A DNA stretch of 64,000 bases from Chamaesiphon sp. (GTDB lineage: Bacteria > Cyanobacteriota > Cyanobacteriia > Cyanobacteriales > Chamaesiphonaceae), in the NCBI GenBank assembly GCA_965246715.1, contig CBDFFH010000002.1, positions 96,001 through 160,000 on the forward strand, written 5' to 3'. This document shows positions 11,152 to 23,185 of this stretch, one piece after another (the stretch's first letter is position 1; each line of letters begins with the position of its first letter). The notes beneath the pieces were generated by a model. It was not told the DNA's origin and searched no databases. It saw nothing but the letters and a program-made list of their open reading frames with translations. Made by a program: the position numbers and the translations under genes.

Positions 11152-14100
11152 CTAAACAGGTGATAATGTCCGACGTTTGCTAACCATTTGGAAGGTTTCG
11201 ATGATGTCGCCTTCTTTCCAGTCGTTAAACTTGTCTAGACGGATACCGCACTCGAAGCCAGCATTGACTTCTTTAACGTCATCCTTGACCCGTTTGAGCG
11301 AGTCGAGCGTGCCTTCATAGACCAACTGCGTCTTGTTGCGGAGGACGCGGATGCTACAGTTCCGTAATGCCTTACCTGAGAGCACGTAACAACCAGCAAT
11401 GTTGCCACGTCCGGCTTGGAATACCGCCCGAACTTCCACTTGACCCAAGGGTTCTTCAACCTGTTCGGGATCGAGCAGACCTTCCATCGCGCCTTGGATA
11501 TCGCTGAGAAGGGCGTAGATGATGTTGTATTCGCGAACGTCTACACCAGCATCATCGGAGGCAGCGCGAGCGCCACTGGCCAAGGTGGTATTAAAGCCGA
11601 TAATGACGGCACCACTGGCTGCTGCGAGATCCACATCCGTTTCCGTGATTTCACCTGCGGCGGAGAGGAGGACGCGCACCTGGACTTCATTTTGCGGTAA
11701 CTGCCCAAGCGAACCGAGAATTGCTTCGACGGAACCTTGAACGTCGGCTTTGAGAATCAGGTTGAGTTCTTTGAGTTCTCCTTCCTGTGCTTTCGCGGAC
11801 AAGCTGTTGAGCGTGACGCGACGGGAAGCCATCATCTGTTGCAGACGCGATTGACGGCGTTCGGCGGAACGAATATCGGCAATAGCACGAGCTTCTTTTT
11901 CTGGATAGACTTCAAACTCATCACCAGCCTGGGGAACGTCGCTCAAACCGAGGACTTCTACGGCAAAGGATGGGCCAGCGGCTTCGACGCGCGCGAGGCG
12001 GTCGTCTACCATCGCCCGGACTTTACCGAACACATGTCCGGCAACGAGGGTCTCACCGACGCGGAGCGTACCATTTTGAATCAGGAGCGTTGCGACAGGG
12101 CCTTTGGCCTTGTCGAGGTGAGCTTCGATCACCGTACCCCGTGCGGTACGATCGGGATTGGCTTGCAGATCTTCGACATCGGCTACCAACAAGATCATCT
12201 CTAGAAGTGTATCGAGATTTTCTCCTTTGAGGGCGCTCACAGGTACCATAATCGTGTCCCCACCGAGTTCTTCAGCTTGGAGGTTGAAGGCGATTAGTTC
12301 CTGTTGTACGCGAGCGATGTTGGCACCAGGCTTATCGACCTTGTTAATAGCGACGATAATCGGTACTTCGGCTGCTTGAGCGTGACGGATTGCTTCGATC
12401 GTTTGTGGGCGGACACCATCATCAGCCGCGACAACGAGAATCGCAATATCCGTGACCCGCGCCCCACGCGCGCGCATAGCGGTAAAGGCTTCGTGACCGG
12501 GAGTATCCAGGAATACTACCTGTTGCATTTTGCCTTCATGCTCCATGTCTACATGGTATGCCCCGATATGCTGGGTAATCCCCCCAGCTTCACCTTGAGC
12601 GACTTTGGTCGATCGAATGGCATCCAATAGGGTGGTTTTACCGTGATCGACGTGTCCCATAATCGTGACGACGGGCGGACGACGCTGCAACTGGTCGAAG
12701 TCGGCGAGATCGAGCATCTCGGTAACTTTAGTGGCTTCAGCCTGTTCGACCCCAGTAATTACAGCGACACCCATTTCTTCGGCGACCATAGTGGCGGTAC
12801 CGACATCGAGAATCTGGGTGACGCTAATCGCGATCCCTTTAAAGAATAACTGTTTGACGATTTCGGTTTCCGGTACGGTGAGCATTTCTGCTAAATCGCG
12901 AACAGTGATACTCCCCATCAACGTAATCGATTCGGGTTTTTCAACGACATTTTTCTGTTCGCGTTTGTTGCTGCTGCGCTCTTGCTTTTGCTGGTCGCCC
13001 TTCATTACGGGTTTCTTGCGCTGAGCCGGAGCTGCTGCAACTCTTACACCGCCGCCAGTGCCGATCTTCTGTTTTGCTGGACGCGCGATCGATAAACTAA
13101 CGATCGTTTCGGTCTCTGTACCGTTACCATCTTCATCGTCATCATCATCATCTTCATCGATGACGACAGTTTTGACACGCTTGCCTTTAGCTGGGACTTT
13201 CGCCTTCGCGGTTTCGATTTCTTCCTCTTCCTTGCTCCAGCCTTTGCCTTTATTGACTGGCTTGCGGAGTGGCGGACGTTTGAGTTCGAGATCTAGTGGA
13301 GCTGGAGCATTATCATCTTTTTCATCGGTCGCCGCATCTTTGCCCCCAGCACCCGGTCGGGGCGCACCTTGGGGTTTGATTTGGACGATGCGTGTGGGCG
13401 GACGATTTAGTGGCGGTAAGGGTTCGGCCTCGGATTTTGCTACCGGGCGACGCGGCGCACCAGCGCTGGGAGGACGGCTGGGCGCACCAACTGCAGGTTT
13501 GCTCGCAGGTTCGCTCTTGACGATCTGGGATTTGGGGATGGGTTTACTTGGAGCCGCAGCGCGGGGCGTTGGCTCAGCATCATCGCCACTAGCATTCGCT
13601 GGCGCGCGACCGCTATCACTCAAATTTTCGGCATTAATCGGTCGCGCTGGCGGCCCTGACAATGAGGCGCGGGGTGCGGGCGGTTGAACTGGAGCGGATG
13701 CTCTTTGAACGCGAGCTGGTGCTACTGCATCAAAGCTACTACTCGTCTCGGTACGGCGGACGGGCGTGCTATCGCTGACTGGTGTCGGTCGGACGACTTG
13801 GCGGTTGGCACTAGGCGGCTGTGGTGTGGTCGGCTGGCGCAGTGGGGGTTGTTGGGCTGGTAGTGGGGGCTGGGGCATCAATGAGGGCTTAGTCTGGATA
13901 TCTGTTTTGTGTTCGATCCGCAAAATTTGGGTCTTGGGTTCGACTGGACGCTGCGGTGTTTTGGGCGGCTCGGTTTTGACTGCCGCTGGACGCTGCTCCC
14001 CTTTTTTCGGGTGGGGTCTGGCGTGGAGCCTTATTCTGACGATTCGGAAACTTTTCGTTTGCGACGTTGGTAATCTGTTCTGCTTCGGCTTCTGAGATAC

Positions 14101-14215
14101 TACTACTATGGCTTTTGACCACAATACTTAAGTCTTCACAAATTCCCAACAAATCCTTATTTTCCAAATTCAATTCCTTTGACAGTTCGTAAATTCTGAC
14201 TTTGCCGTTGTTCAT
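11152..14215 (-). CDS. infB: Translation initiation factor IF-2 (one extra base near 14001-14007)
   Basis: IF2-N ([15 protein letters not shown]) is in ORF 13889-14215 and the G-domain ([24 protein letters not shown]) in ORF 11152-14124. The span of 3064 nt is 3n+1. Confidence 0.95.
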
Positions 14216-14765
14216 CCACTATGTCCCTATTTATGCAACCATTCGCGCGTCTAGATTATGACTCGATCGGATCGTGACCATATATTTATCTACACAATTA
14301 ATATTTTGATGATGAAAATTTATTATCTTGAAGAAAGCGATTACCGGGTAGTGGTTTAGGCGATCGGCGACTATTGTCGATCGATCGGGTGATTTTCCCT
14401 AATTCATTGTCGACCTACTCATCGGCGCAGCCGCCGATCGAGGAGGATTGCTGTCTCACATTGGTTGGTGGCGGCTTCGGTGTTGCCAACCGACCTAAGT
14501 CATCGCGCAAGCTATGCCATAGGGGAATCATATTATATTCTTACACCAATATGTCATCATTGGCGAGTCCGATCGACAATTTGTGATAATGTTAGAGGTT
14601 TGTCCGATCGGGGATCGCCCTCAGTAGTGGCTAGGCACAGCTAGACGTTCTCTTTTTTTAACATCAGCCGTTTGCGAGTAACTTCCCATCTACCATTAAT
14701 AACTAAGCGGGGTCGCAATTTCCACCCCCACCAACCCACTAGCCACTAATTTATAATTTATTCAG

Positions 14766-16354
14766 ATGGGCAAGACATATATTGTGGGTGCGGGGCCAGG
14801 GGATCTTGTCTATCTGACGATTCGGGCACAACAGATTCTCACCCAAGCAGAGGTATTGATTTATGATGCGTTGGTCGATCGACAGTTATTAGCTTTAGTG
14901 CCCGATAATTGTATCCTCGTCGATGTCGGCAAGCGTGGTGGCAAACCGAGTATGCCCCAAGCCGAGATCGATCGAGTGTTGGTCGAACACGCCAAAACCG
15001 GACGCTCGGTAGTCCGGCTCAAAAGTGGCGACCCGTTTATTTTTGGCCGGGTGACCTCCGAAATCGATGCGTTAATCGCTGCCAACTGCGATTATGAGGT
15101 CGTACCCGGACTGTCTAGCGCCCTAGTCGCGCCCCTGCTTGTGGGAATTCCCCTGACAGATCCCGTCCTCAGTCGGGGATTTGCCGTGATTACCGCGCAT
15201 TTCCCTGACGATCTCGATTGGGATGCCTTGGCGCGGATGCCAACGATCGTGATTTTGATGGGTACGCGCACTTTAGGCACAATTGTCGCTCGATTATTAA
15301 AACACGATCGCGCTGCCGATACCCCGATCGCGGCGATCCGCTGGGCGGGTACGCCACAGCAACAAGTTTGGGTGTCCGATCTGGGGCAGATCTTATCGGA
15401 CACCGCCAACGTTGAATTATCACCAGCAGTAATTGTCATCGGGCAAGTGGTGCGATTGCGTCCGTATCTCAATTGTGCGCCCCAGACTTCACCGATTACC
15501 CTGACGATCGGGGCAGAGGGGGCGAAGGGGAGATAATCGGGGTAGTAGATCGATCGAATCCGCATCCCTTTGCTGGTAAAAACATCCTTGTCACCCGCGC
15601 GACCGGACAAGCAGGTGAATTTAGTCAAATGTTGCGATCGCGTGGCGCACGAGTCATTGAGATGCCAACTTTAGAAATCGTACCCCCTACAAGTTGGCAG
15701 GAGCTAGATAATGCGATCGCCCAAATCGGCGATTTTGATTGGCTGATCCTCACTTCCACCAATGCGGTCGATTATTTCTTCGCCCGACTGCATGCTGCTG
15801 GCAAAGATAGCCGCGCCCTTGCTGATGTCAAAATTGCCGTTGTCGGTCAAAAAACGGCTAAATCGCTGCAACAGTTTGGGATTACCGCAGATTTTATTCC
15901 ACCCGATTTTGTTGCCGATGCGTTGGTGAGTAATTTTCCCGTAGATCCAGCAGGTCAACGATTGTTATTTCCCCGCGTCGAAACTGGCGGTCGGGAGATG
16001 TTAGTGCGAGAATTTACCGCTTTAGGCGCAACTGTCGTTGAAGTGCCTGCGTACCAATCGCAATGCCCGATCGAGGTAGATCCGCTCGCCTTAGCCGCAC
16101 TCCAGGCTGGGCAGATAGATATTATTACTTTCGCCAGTTCCAAAACTGTCAAAAATTTCTGTCAATTAATCGGCACCAGTTTACCATCGGGCTGGCAAGA
16201 GCAAGTACATATTGCCTCGATCGGCCCGCAGACATCGGATAGCTGTCGATCGTTATTAGGGAAGGTCGATATCGAGGCGACTGAGTATACTTTACCAGGA
16301 TTGGTGGCAGCATTAGAGTTGCGGCTAGAGACTAGCTCGCCCGATGCTCGTTGA
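14766..16354 (+). CDS. cobA/hemD: Fused uroporphyrinogen-III methyltransferase / uroporphyrinogen-III synthase (one base short in the linker)
   Basis: VGAGPGD...RLKSGDPFIFGR in ORF 14766-15536; ILVTRA...FASSKTV...IGPQT in ORF 15473-16354. Span 1589 nt is 3n+2; G runs at 15509-15530. Confidence 0.88.
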
Positions 16355-16537
16355 CATGAAGGCTCGCGATTTTGCTTGGCTCCGAGATCCAATCGCCTGT
16401 GCGATCTCGTTCGCACTACTTTCACCTAACTATTTATAGCTTAGTAAATCAGATATCTCTACCTCTAACTACCATGTCACAACTAAATCCGATCGTTACT
16501 GAGCTGCTTATGAATAGCGACTATAATTTTGCAAAAA

Positions 16538-17059
16538 ATGGCAGTTTTATTCGATCTCGATTTCACATTGATTGACTCACTCTCGATCTCCCAATTACGC
16601 CAAACCAGACAACAACACGCCGCTTATGAGCTGATTCCGCAGATTGTGGCATATCCAGGGATTAGCGAATTGCTGTACGAACTCAACCAGCGTCAAATTC
16701 CGATCGCGATTGTCACATCCAGCCGAAAACTATTTTGCGATCGCATTATCGCGCATCAGCAATGGTCGATCGATATTGTTATTTCGCGTGAAGATGTCCG
16801 ATTGCCTAAACCCGATCCAGCCGGAATTTCGATCGCCTTGGAGCGATTGGGTGTCAAGGCTGAGGATGCGGTGATGGTAGGCGATAGTCCCGACGATATT
16901 GCCGCAGCTCGACCTATTGGAGTATACTCGATCGGTGCGCTTTGGGGTTGTCAGGCACCAGAGCTATTAATTGCCTCCAATCCAGATAAATTATGCACGA
17001 CAGTTAGCAACTTGCATGATTTCCTGACTAGCTTAGCAGTGGTATCAAATGTTCGATAG
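16538..17059 (+). CDS. HAD-family hydrolase (phosphoglycolate phosphatase-like)
   Basis: FDLDFTL, KPDP, MVGDSPDD. Confidence 0.9.
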   Translation: MAVLFDLDFTLIDSLSISQLRQTRQQHAAYELIPQIVAYPGISELLYELNQRQIPIAIVTSSRKLFCDRIIAHQQWSIDIVISREDVRLPKPDPAGISIALERLGVKAEDAVMVGDSPDDIAAARPIGVYSIGALWGCQAPELLIASNPDKLCTTVSNLHDFLTSLAVVSNVR

Positions 17060-17233
17060 CTCGATCGATCTTTTACTTGACAACGGTGGATTTCGCTCCG
17101 GTTATCGACAATTTCAGTTGGCATGAATTTAACCAGCAACATAATTTACCAAAATGCCGTCAAAGCGGTTAGTTGCTAGAATTATAAGTAACCGTCGCGC
17201 TCCAAATTACACTCAATATTTAGTCGAAAATTT

Positions 17234-18082
17234 ATGTTAACTAGAGTGGCTTCCCTCCGTCAGTGGTTGCAACGGTGGTGCTTGTATCCTGCGATTTCGG
17301 TCTTGACGGTTGGTACGATCGTTATTGCGCAGCCACAGATCGGGCAAGCTGCTCCCTGGTGGCAAATCCTGATCCAAGGTGTTCAGTACGTCCAAATTGC
17401 CAACTTATCTGATGCTCAAGAAGCAGGTTTGGGCGAAAGAATTAACCAAGAATTGGCGAACGGACAAGTCAGATTGTACGATAACCCTAGTGCCCTGGCA
17501 TATGTCGATCGCATCGGCCAAAAGTTAGCGCGCAACAGTGCCAGACCGAATATTAAATATACTTTCCAAATCGTCAAGGACGACAGTATCAACGCTTTTG
17601 CGACGATGGGGGGGTATGTATATGTGAATACTGGCTTGCTCAAAGCCGCAGATAACGAAGCACAGTTAGCTGGTGTGATCGGTCATGAAATCGGCCACAT
17701 TGCTGGTCGCCATGCGCTGCAACATATGAAGCAAGCGGCGCTTGCCCAAGGAATCAGTTCGGCGGTGGGAGTCGATAGCAACCAAATCGTACAGATCGGC
17801 GTACAAGTGGCGCTGACACTACCCAATAGTCGTCAAGATGAGTACGATGCCGATCGACGTGGCATGACAACGATGATTCAAGCAGGCTATGCACCTACAG
17901 CGATGCCAGAGTTCATGAAAAAGTTAATTAATAGTAATTCGTCACCTGAATTCCTCAGCAGTCACCCAGGTGCAAAAGAACGCGTTGCCAATCTGGAAAA
18001 AATGATTCCCACTGCCTATCGAAGTCGGACTGAAGGCTTGAATGCCAGCACGTATAAACAACAAATCCAACGTTTCTTCTAG
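17234..18082 (+). CDS. Exported M48-family metallopeptidase
   Basis: Signal-like N-terminus, INAFA, HEIGH, QDEYDAD, LSSHP. Confidence 0.9.
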   Translation: MLTRVASLRQWLQRWCLYPAISVLTVGTIVIAQPQIGQAAPWWQILIQGVQYVQIANLSDAQEAGLGERINQELANGQVRLYDNPSALAYVDRIGQKLARNSARPNIKYTFQIVKDDSINAFATMGGYVYVNTGLLKAADNEAQLAGVIGHEIGHIAGRHALQHMKQAALAQGISSAVGVDSNQIVQIGVQVALTLPNSRQDEYDADRRGMTTMIQAGYAPTAMPEFMKKLINSNSSPEFLSSHPGAKERVANLEKMIPTAYRSRTEGLNASTYKQQIQRFF

Positions 18083-18268
18083 AAGCAGACTGGGAAAAAA
18101 TCCTCCCGAACGCACCCGACTTTTCTAGCAGAAGTCGGGTTTTTTTGATTGGTGACGATCGCCACATCAGTTAAGCTATCGTAGGGGCGATACTTGTCGG
18201 AATGTTTACCAGAGTGTCTCTACAAGCGCCTCAATGTTGAGAATACCCCCACGCCAGCCATTAAAGTG

Positions 18269-18368
18269 ATACCAATTTAAAAAACAATAGTGACAGATGG
18301 GTTGGCAGACTCCAAACATAGCAAGAGTTTCCCAATCCAAAATCCAAAATCCACAATCCACAATGTTA
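18269..18368. repeat. ~100-bp dispersed repeat ending in AATCCAA heptamers (second copy 39777-39876)
   Basis: ATACCAATTTAAAA..GTGACAGATGGGTT..GCAGACTCCA..(AATCCAA)n..ATGTTA at both sites. Confidence 0.75.
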
Positions 18369-18433
18369 TGACTTAGATCGCCAATACATTAACAGTAATC
18401 AATTCATAATCGGTTAGTTCGATCTCCCAGCTC

Positions 18434-19426
18434 ATGAGTGAATTTAAAGTAGAAGTAGTCCAAATTAGCAGCGTCGTTCCTCATCCCAATGCCGATCGAT
18501 TGGATCTGGTAATGTTTGAGGGCATGGCTTATCAAGTCGTCATTGCCAAAGGTAAATTCAAGGTTGGGGATTTAGCTTATTATTTCCCGATCGATAGCGT
18601 GATTCCCGATCGCTATTTAGATGAGTTTGAAATTAGGACTTATTACAAGAAAAAGATTAGAGCGACTAAGCTCCGGGGCATCTTTTCGGAAGGATTATTA
18701 GTCGAAGTCAGTCCTGATTTCGCCGGACGAGTCGGCGATGACTATGCCGATATTTTTGGCGTAACTAAATTTGAGTATCCGATTCCAGTAACGATGAACG
18801 GCGATATGGAAGGTCAAATCGGCCAGCACAAATTCCCCAGTCCCGAACATCTCAAACGGTATAAGGATCTATTCAACGATGGCGAGGAAGTCGTTATCAC
18901 CGAAAAAATTCACGGCACCAATTTTAGTGTCTTAGTCGAGCCAGATGGCGAGGTCAAAATTGCCAGTCATCGCTACTTCTGGAAGGACAATGAAGTCAAT
19001 AGTCGGATGGTTTATATTCGGACTTACCATGAAAATGAGGTATTACAACATCTACCTCATGATGTCCAAGTTTTTGGTGAAATTTATGGCGTTCAAGATC
19101 TCAAGTACGGTTTAAAAGATGGCAAAATTGACTTTGCAATTTTTGCAGTCTGCAAAGGTCGAGAATTCCTAAATTATGATGACTTTATTTCTTTTTGTGA
19201 GGCGTATCAATTACCCAGAGTCCCCGTCTTGTATCGTGGCGCATATAGTTGGGAAATAGCGACGCAATTTAATAATGCCGATAGCGTTCTCGCGCCTAAA
19301 TGGATGATGGAAGGTGTCATCGTTCAACCCGCGATCGAGCGTACCGATTTTAAAGTCGGTCGAGTCGTTCTGAAGTTGATTAGCGATCGTTATCTCCTGC
19401 GGAAGGATGGTACCGAACTGCACTAA
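18434..19426 (+). CDS. ATP-dependent RNA ligase (Rnl2-like/DRB0094 type) with N-terminal OB-fold
   Basis: HPNADRL N-terminus, motif I TEKIHGTN, FGEIYG, EGVIV, LKLISDRYL. Confidence 0.85.
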   Translation: MSEFKVEVVQISSVVPHPNADRLDLVMFEGMAYQVVIAKGKFKVGDLAYYFPIDSVIPDRYLDEFEIRTYYKKKIRATKLRGIFSEGLLVEVSPDFAGRVGDDYADIFGVTKFEYPIPVTMNGDMEGQIGQHKFPSPEHLKRYKDLFNDGEEVVITEKIHGTNFSVLVEPDGEVKIASHRYFWKDNEVNSRMVYIRTYHENEVLQHLPHDVQVFGEIYGVQDLKYGLKDGKIDFAIFAVCKGREFLNYDDFISFCEAYQLPRVPVLYRGAYSWEIATQFNNADSVLAPKWMMEGVIVQPAIERTDFKVGRVVLKLISDRYLLRKDGTELH

Positions 19427-19431
19427 ATCAA

Positions 19432-19527
19432 TAGACTTCCTGCGAAAGTCAGGGAATAGGGAATAGGGGTACTATCGAGCTAAACAGTACTGAAAAAGAT
19501 TGGGCTTTTACTTTCGCAGGAGGTCTA
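19432..19527. mobile_element. ~96-bp MITE
   Basis: TIRs TAGACTTCCTGCGAAAGT / ACTTTCGCAGGAGGTCTA. Confidence 0.6.
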
Positions 19528-19585
19528 CTAAATGAATGTGAAAGCTCCCCGACTCCGCAAAGAAGTCGGGGAGCTGGCTGTTACA

Positions 19586-19742
19586 TAACCCAAGTTGCTA
19601 CCTATAACCCCAGCGGTTAGAAACCGCCGCTTGGATTGCAAAGTCCGCCTTCGCGGACTAATAATTCAGTCCGCGAAGGCGGACTTCGCATCATTAGCCG
19701 CGACTTCAGTCGCAGGCAAGAAATAGGTAGCAACTTGGGTTA
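19586..19742. mobile_element. MITE/cruciform repeat with 20-bp TIRs
   Basis: TAACCCAAGTTGCTACCTAT ... ATAGGTAGCAACTTGGGTTA enclosing AGTCCGCCTTCGCGGACT/AGTCCGCGAAGGCGGACT. Confidence 0.7.
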
Positions 19743-19749
19743 CCTAGAA

Positions 19750-21156
19750 TTACTCCAAGTCCTCGGCATCGCCGCCAACGACGACATCGCGGATTCGTAA
19801 ACTCGGCCCCCCTACGCCAACAGCCAAACCACCTTGCCCAGCTTTACCGCAACCGCCCGATTCATCCCAGAAGAAGTCATCGCCAATCCCTTCAATATCC
19901 CCCAACGTTTTAAATACATTTCCCGATAACGTCACATCCCGCACGGGTTCGGCAATCTCACCATTGCGAATCATCCACGCTTCACCAGCACTAAACGTAA
20001 ACATCTCGCCATTCGTCATCCCACCCAACCAATTACGCGCGTAGACCCCTTCTTTAATATCCGTAAATAAATCGGCAACTGGCGTATGCCCCCGCTCGAT
20101 CCAAGTATTTGTCATGCGGACGATCGGTGGAAAATGATAATTCAAGCACCGGGCATTACCCGTCGCTGCCTCCTCGAGTTTCCCCGCAGTTTCACGCGAA
20201 TGTAGCCGTCCCACTAGTACGCCATCCTCGATCAATTGCGTCGTCGTTGCTGGCGTACCCTCATCGTCATAGAGATAGCTCCCGCGATGTCCCGCTGGTG
20301 CCGCACCATCGAAAATCTGTAACTCTTTACAGCCAAACCGCCGTCCCATCGTCATTACTTCCAACAGATCGGGATTTTCATACATCGAATCAGCCTCAGA
20401 GAGGTGTCCAAAGGCCTCATGGACGAACAAACCGCTGAGAATGGGGTCGATCACGACAGTATAAGCATTGCCTTTGACAGGTGGCAGCGAGAGGGCAGCT
20501 ACAGCACGTTGCGCGGCACTTTCGACCTGGCGATCGAGTCCGATCAGGTCTTCATATGCTTTGCGCGAACCGAGCGTTTCGCGTCCGGTTTGCACGGTGT
20601 CCCCATTTCTGGCGGTAGCCGCAAACCGAATCTCCATATCCGCCCAAGATTGCTCGATCAGCGTTCCTTCGGAAGTCGCCAAAATTATATGTTGGGTACT
20701 ATCGCCATAGCGCACTGATGTGGTCGCGATCCGCCGATCGGTACTCTGTAAAATCAGATTGTAATGTTCGCACAACTTCTTCTTGCTCGCGATCGAAATT
20801 TCGCGCGGATCGGTACCGATTAACGGCAAGCTACAGCTAGTTCGAACGATTTCGATCGGGGCGAGGATCGTCTCATCCTCACCAATAATCCGTGCTGCGG
20901 CGATCGCTTCTTCGATCCGTTCGGCTAAGGTTTCGATCCGATTGAAACTGGCAAATCCCCAACCACCTTTATAGCACGCCCGAACTTGACCGCCGATCGC
21001 CAAATCCTCGCTGAGCGTCTCGACTTTATCACCGCGAATCAAAATATCCGTCCCTTCCGACTCTTCGAGTCTGATCGCTAGATAATCTACCCGATCGCGA
21101 TAACGACCGATTAATTCTGTCAGCAGATTTTTATTGTCAACAATTACAGATGCCAT
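19750..21156 (-). CDS. tldD: TldD-family metalloprotease
   Basis: HEAFGHLSEAD, YDDEGT, RMTNT, CGKAGQ. Confidence 0.9.
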   Translation of the reverse strand: MASVIVDNKNLLTELIGRYRDRVDYLAIRLEESEGTDILIRGDKVETLSEDLAIGGQVRACYKGGWGFASFNRIETLAERIEEAIAAARIIGEDETILAPIEIVRTSCSLPLIGTDPREISIASKKKLCEHYNLILQSTDRRIATTSVRYGDSTQHIILATSEGTLIEQSWADMEIRFAATARNGDTVQTGRETLGSRKAYEDLIGLDRQVESAAQRAVAALSLPPVKGNAYTVVIDPILSGLFVHEAFGHLSEADSMYENPDLLEVMTMGRRFGCKELQIFDGAAPAGHRGSYLYDDEGTPATTTQLIEDGVLVGRLHSRETAGKLEEAATGNARCLNYHFPPIVRMTNTWIERGHTPVADLFTDIKEGVYARNWLGGMTNGEMFTFSAGEAWMIRNGEIAEPVRDVTLSGNVFKTLGDIEGIGDDFFWDESGGCGKAGQGGLAVGVGGPSLRIRDVVVGGDAEDLE

Positions 21157-21549
21157 AAAATTTATGAATTATGAATTACGCTTTCTAACCGATCGAGGCT
21201 TAGGTATTGCCAGGCTAGAGAGTCGAGCGCGAGCTGCGAAACTACAGCTAATTCGATCGTTTGGGGCAGATTATCTTAATTATGACTGAGGATCGATCGC
21301 TTTATGGCTGAATTATTTCGGTGGGATCTGAGTGTGCAGATTTCACTCGATCTACCAGCATTGTCAACGATCGATCTGAATTACCCGTACCCAACAAAAT
21401 GTTACTCGACTTAGCTGCTTATCATACAAATATCGCAAGTATCCAAATTTTTAATATTTGTTTAATATTTCCTGGTTTTGAGTCGAATCTAGAGCTATGC
21501 TAGAAGAGTTAGTCGATCGAGTCCGAGGTGTTGATACCTCGAATAATGC

Positions 21550-23127
21550 ATGGAAATTAGAAGTCCATCAGCAATTGTCAACGATGCACCAGTGGTGCCT
21601 CAACAAATTGAAGAATTGCATTATCTGTGCTGTCAGCAATCGCTCTTATTAGATTTGGTGACTGATGCCATTATCTTGTGGTCGATCGAAGGGGAAATCA
21701 AATTCTGGAATCGAAGTGCCGAGCGGATGTACGGCTGGCTGGCGGGAGTGGCAATCGGCAAACAAGTTGTCGATTTTCTCTACGATCGCGACGATCTCCA
21801 CTATCAAACCGCACTAGCGGCAACACTCGATCTTGGCGAATGGAGTGGCGAACTCCAGTTATCTACCAGAACTGGAAAAAATGTGACCGTGGCGAGTCAT
21901 TGGTATCCGATCGTCACAGCAGCAGGAATCCCTCACTCGATTTTGACGATCGATTCGGATATCACCGAGCATAAGCTGCTCGAACGCCAATTTTTGCGGG
22001 CACAGCGGCTCGAAAACCTGGGCACGTTGGCGAGTGGGATCGCGCACGATCTGAATAATATTCTCACCCCGATCGTGGCGATTACCGAACTGCTCCCACT
22101 GAGATTAAAAAATTTAGACGTTCGCACTCAGAGCTTACTCAAAACCCTCTCCGAAAATTCCAAGCGCGGACGGGAATTAATCGCTCAAATCCTGACATTT
22201 GCTAGAGGTGGCAACGACGAACATACGATCTTGCAGCCGCGACATCTCTTGGCTGAAGTAGTGCAAATTGCCAGACATACTTTTCCCAAATCGATCGACA
22301 CCAGCCTGCAAATCGAAAGTAGCAACCTATGGACGCTATCTGCTGATGCCACCCAAATCCATCAGGTATTGATGAACTTGTGCATCAACGCACGCGATGC
22401 AATGCCAGACGGGGGCGAGCTAACGATTATGGCCGAGAATATTGCTTTGAGCGATACATATCCAAAACTCCATCCCGATGCTCGCGGTGGGGCGTATGTG
22501 GCGATTACCGTAGCTGATACTGGCGTGGGGATCTCCCCAGAACTATTGGAGCGGATCTTTGAACCATTTTTTACGACGAAGCCGCTGGGGAAAGGGACTG
22601 GGTTGGGACTCTCGACGGTAGTAACGATCGTCAACAACCATCATGGATTTATTGATATTTCCAGTCAGGTGGATAAGGGAACGCAGTTTAGGATATATTT
22701 ACCAGCGATCGAGCGTCTGGAAATCGATCCAGCACCAGCAAGTTTGCCCAAACTTACCGGTCGAGGCGAGTTGATTTTAATCGTCGATGACGAACCCTCA
22801 ATTCGGGAAATTCTGGTGACAACGATCGAGTCTTATAATTATCAAAGTATCACCGCTAGTAATAGTCAACAAGCGATCGAGTTATATACTCAACATCACC
22901 AGAAAATTCACACGATTTTGCTCGATTATATGATGCCAGGTGGCGATCCACTCGATACGATTTCCAGATTTCACTCGATCGATCCCGATGTCCGCACGAT
23001 CGTGATGAGTGGTTTATCGGAACTAGAAATTGCCGCTAAAATTAACGGTGAAACGATCGATTATTTTCTGGCAAAACCGTTTACTACTCAAGCTTTATTG
23101 CAGGCACTTAACGCTACGCTAAATTAA
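21550..23127 (+). CDS. PAS-domain hybrid histidine kinase
   Basis: PAS, IAHDLNN H-box, NARDAM, DTGVG, GTGLGL, C-terminal receiver. Confidence 0.93.
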   Translation: MEIRSPSAIVNDAPVVPQQIEELHYLCCQQSLLLDLVTDAIILWSIEGEIKFWNRSAERMYGWLAGVAIGKQVVDFLYDRDDLHYQTALAATLDLGEWSGELQLSTRTGKNVTVASHWYPIVTAAGIPHSILTIDSDITEHKLLERQFLRAQRLENLGTLASGIAHDLNNILTPIVAITELLPLRLKNLDVRTQSLLKTLSENSKRGRELIAQILTFARGGNDEHTILQPRHLLAEVVQIARHTFPKSIDTSLQIESSNLWTLSADATQIHQVLMNLCINARDAMPDGGELTIMAENIALSDTYPKLHPDARGGAYVAITVADTGVGISPELLERIFEPFFTTKPLGKGTGLGLSTVVTIVNNHHGFIDISSQVDKGTQFRIYLPAIERLEIDPAPASLPKLTGRGELILIVDDEPSIREILVTTIESYNYQSITASNSQQAIELYTQHHQKIHTILLDYMMPGGDPLDTISRFHSIDPDVRTIVMSGLSELEIAAKINGETIDYFLAKPFTTQALLQALNATLN

Positions 23128-23185
23128 TTATTGGAAGGAATTTACGCTCAACATTCAGTAATGTCAAAACAGATATCCGCCCCAA

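Noticed and set aside
14001..14007. Programmed -1 frameshift in infB
   Set aside because: The frame change needed is +1.
11235..14095. Long alternative-frame and antisense ORFs within infB (likewise within gltD, tldD, metH)
   Set aside because: Shadows of codon bias in genuine genes; no motifs.
19750..21156. TldD as maturation protease for the GG precursors
   Set aside because: It is 23 kb away, a common housekeeping gene, and the locus has its own C39 peptidase.
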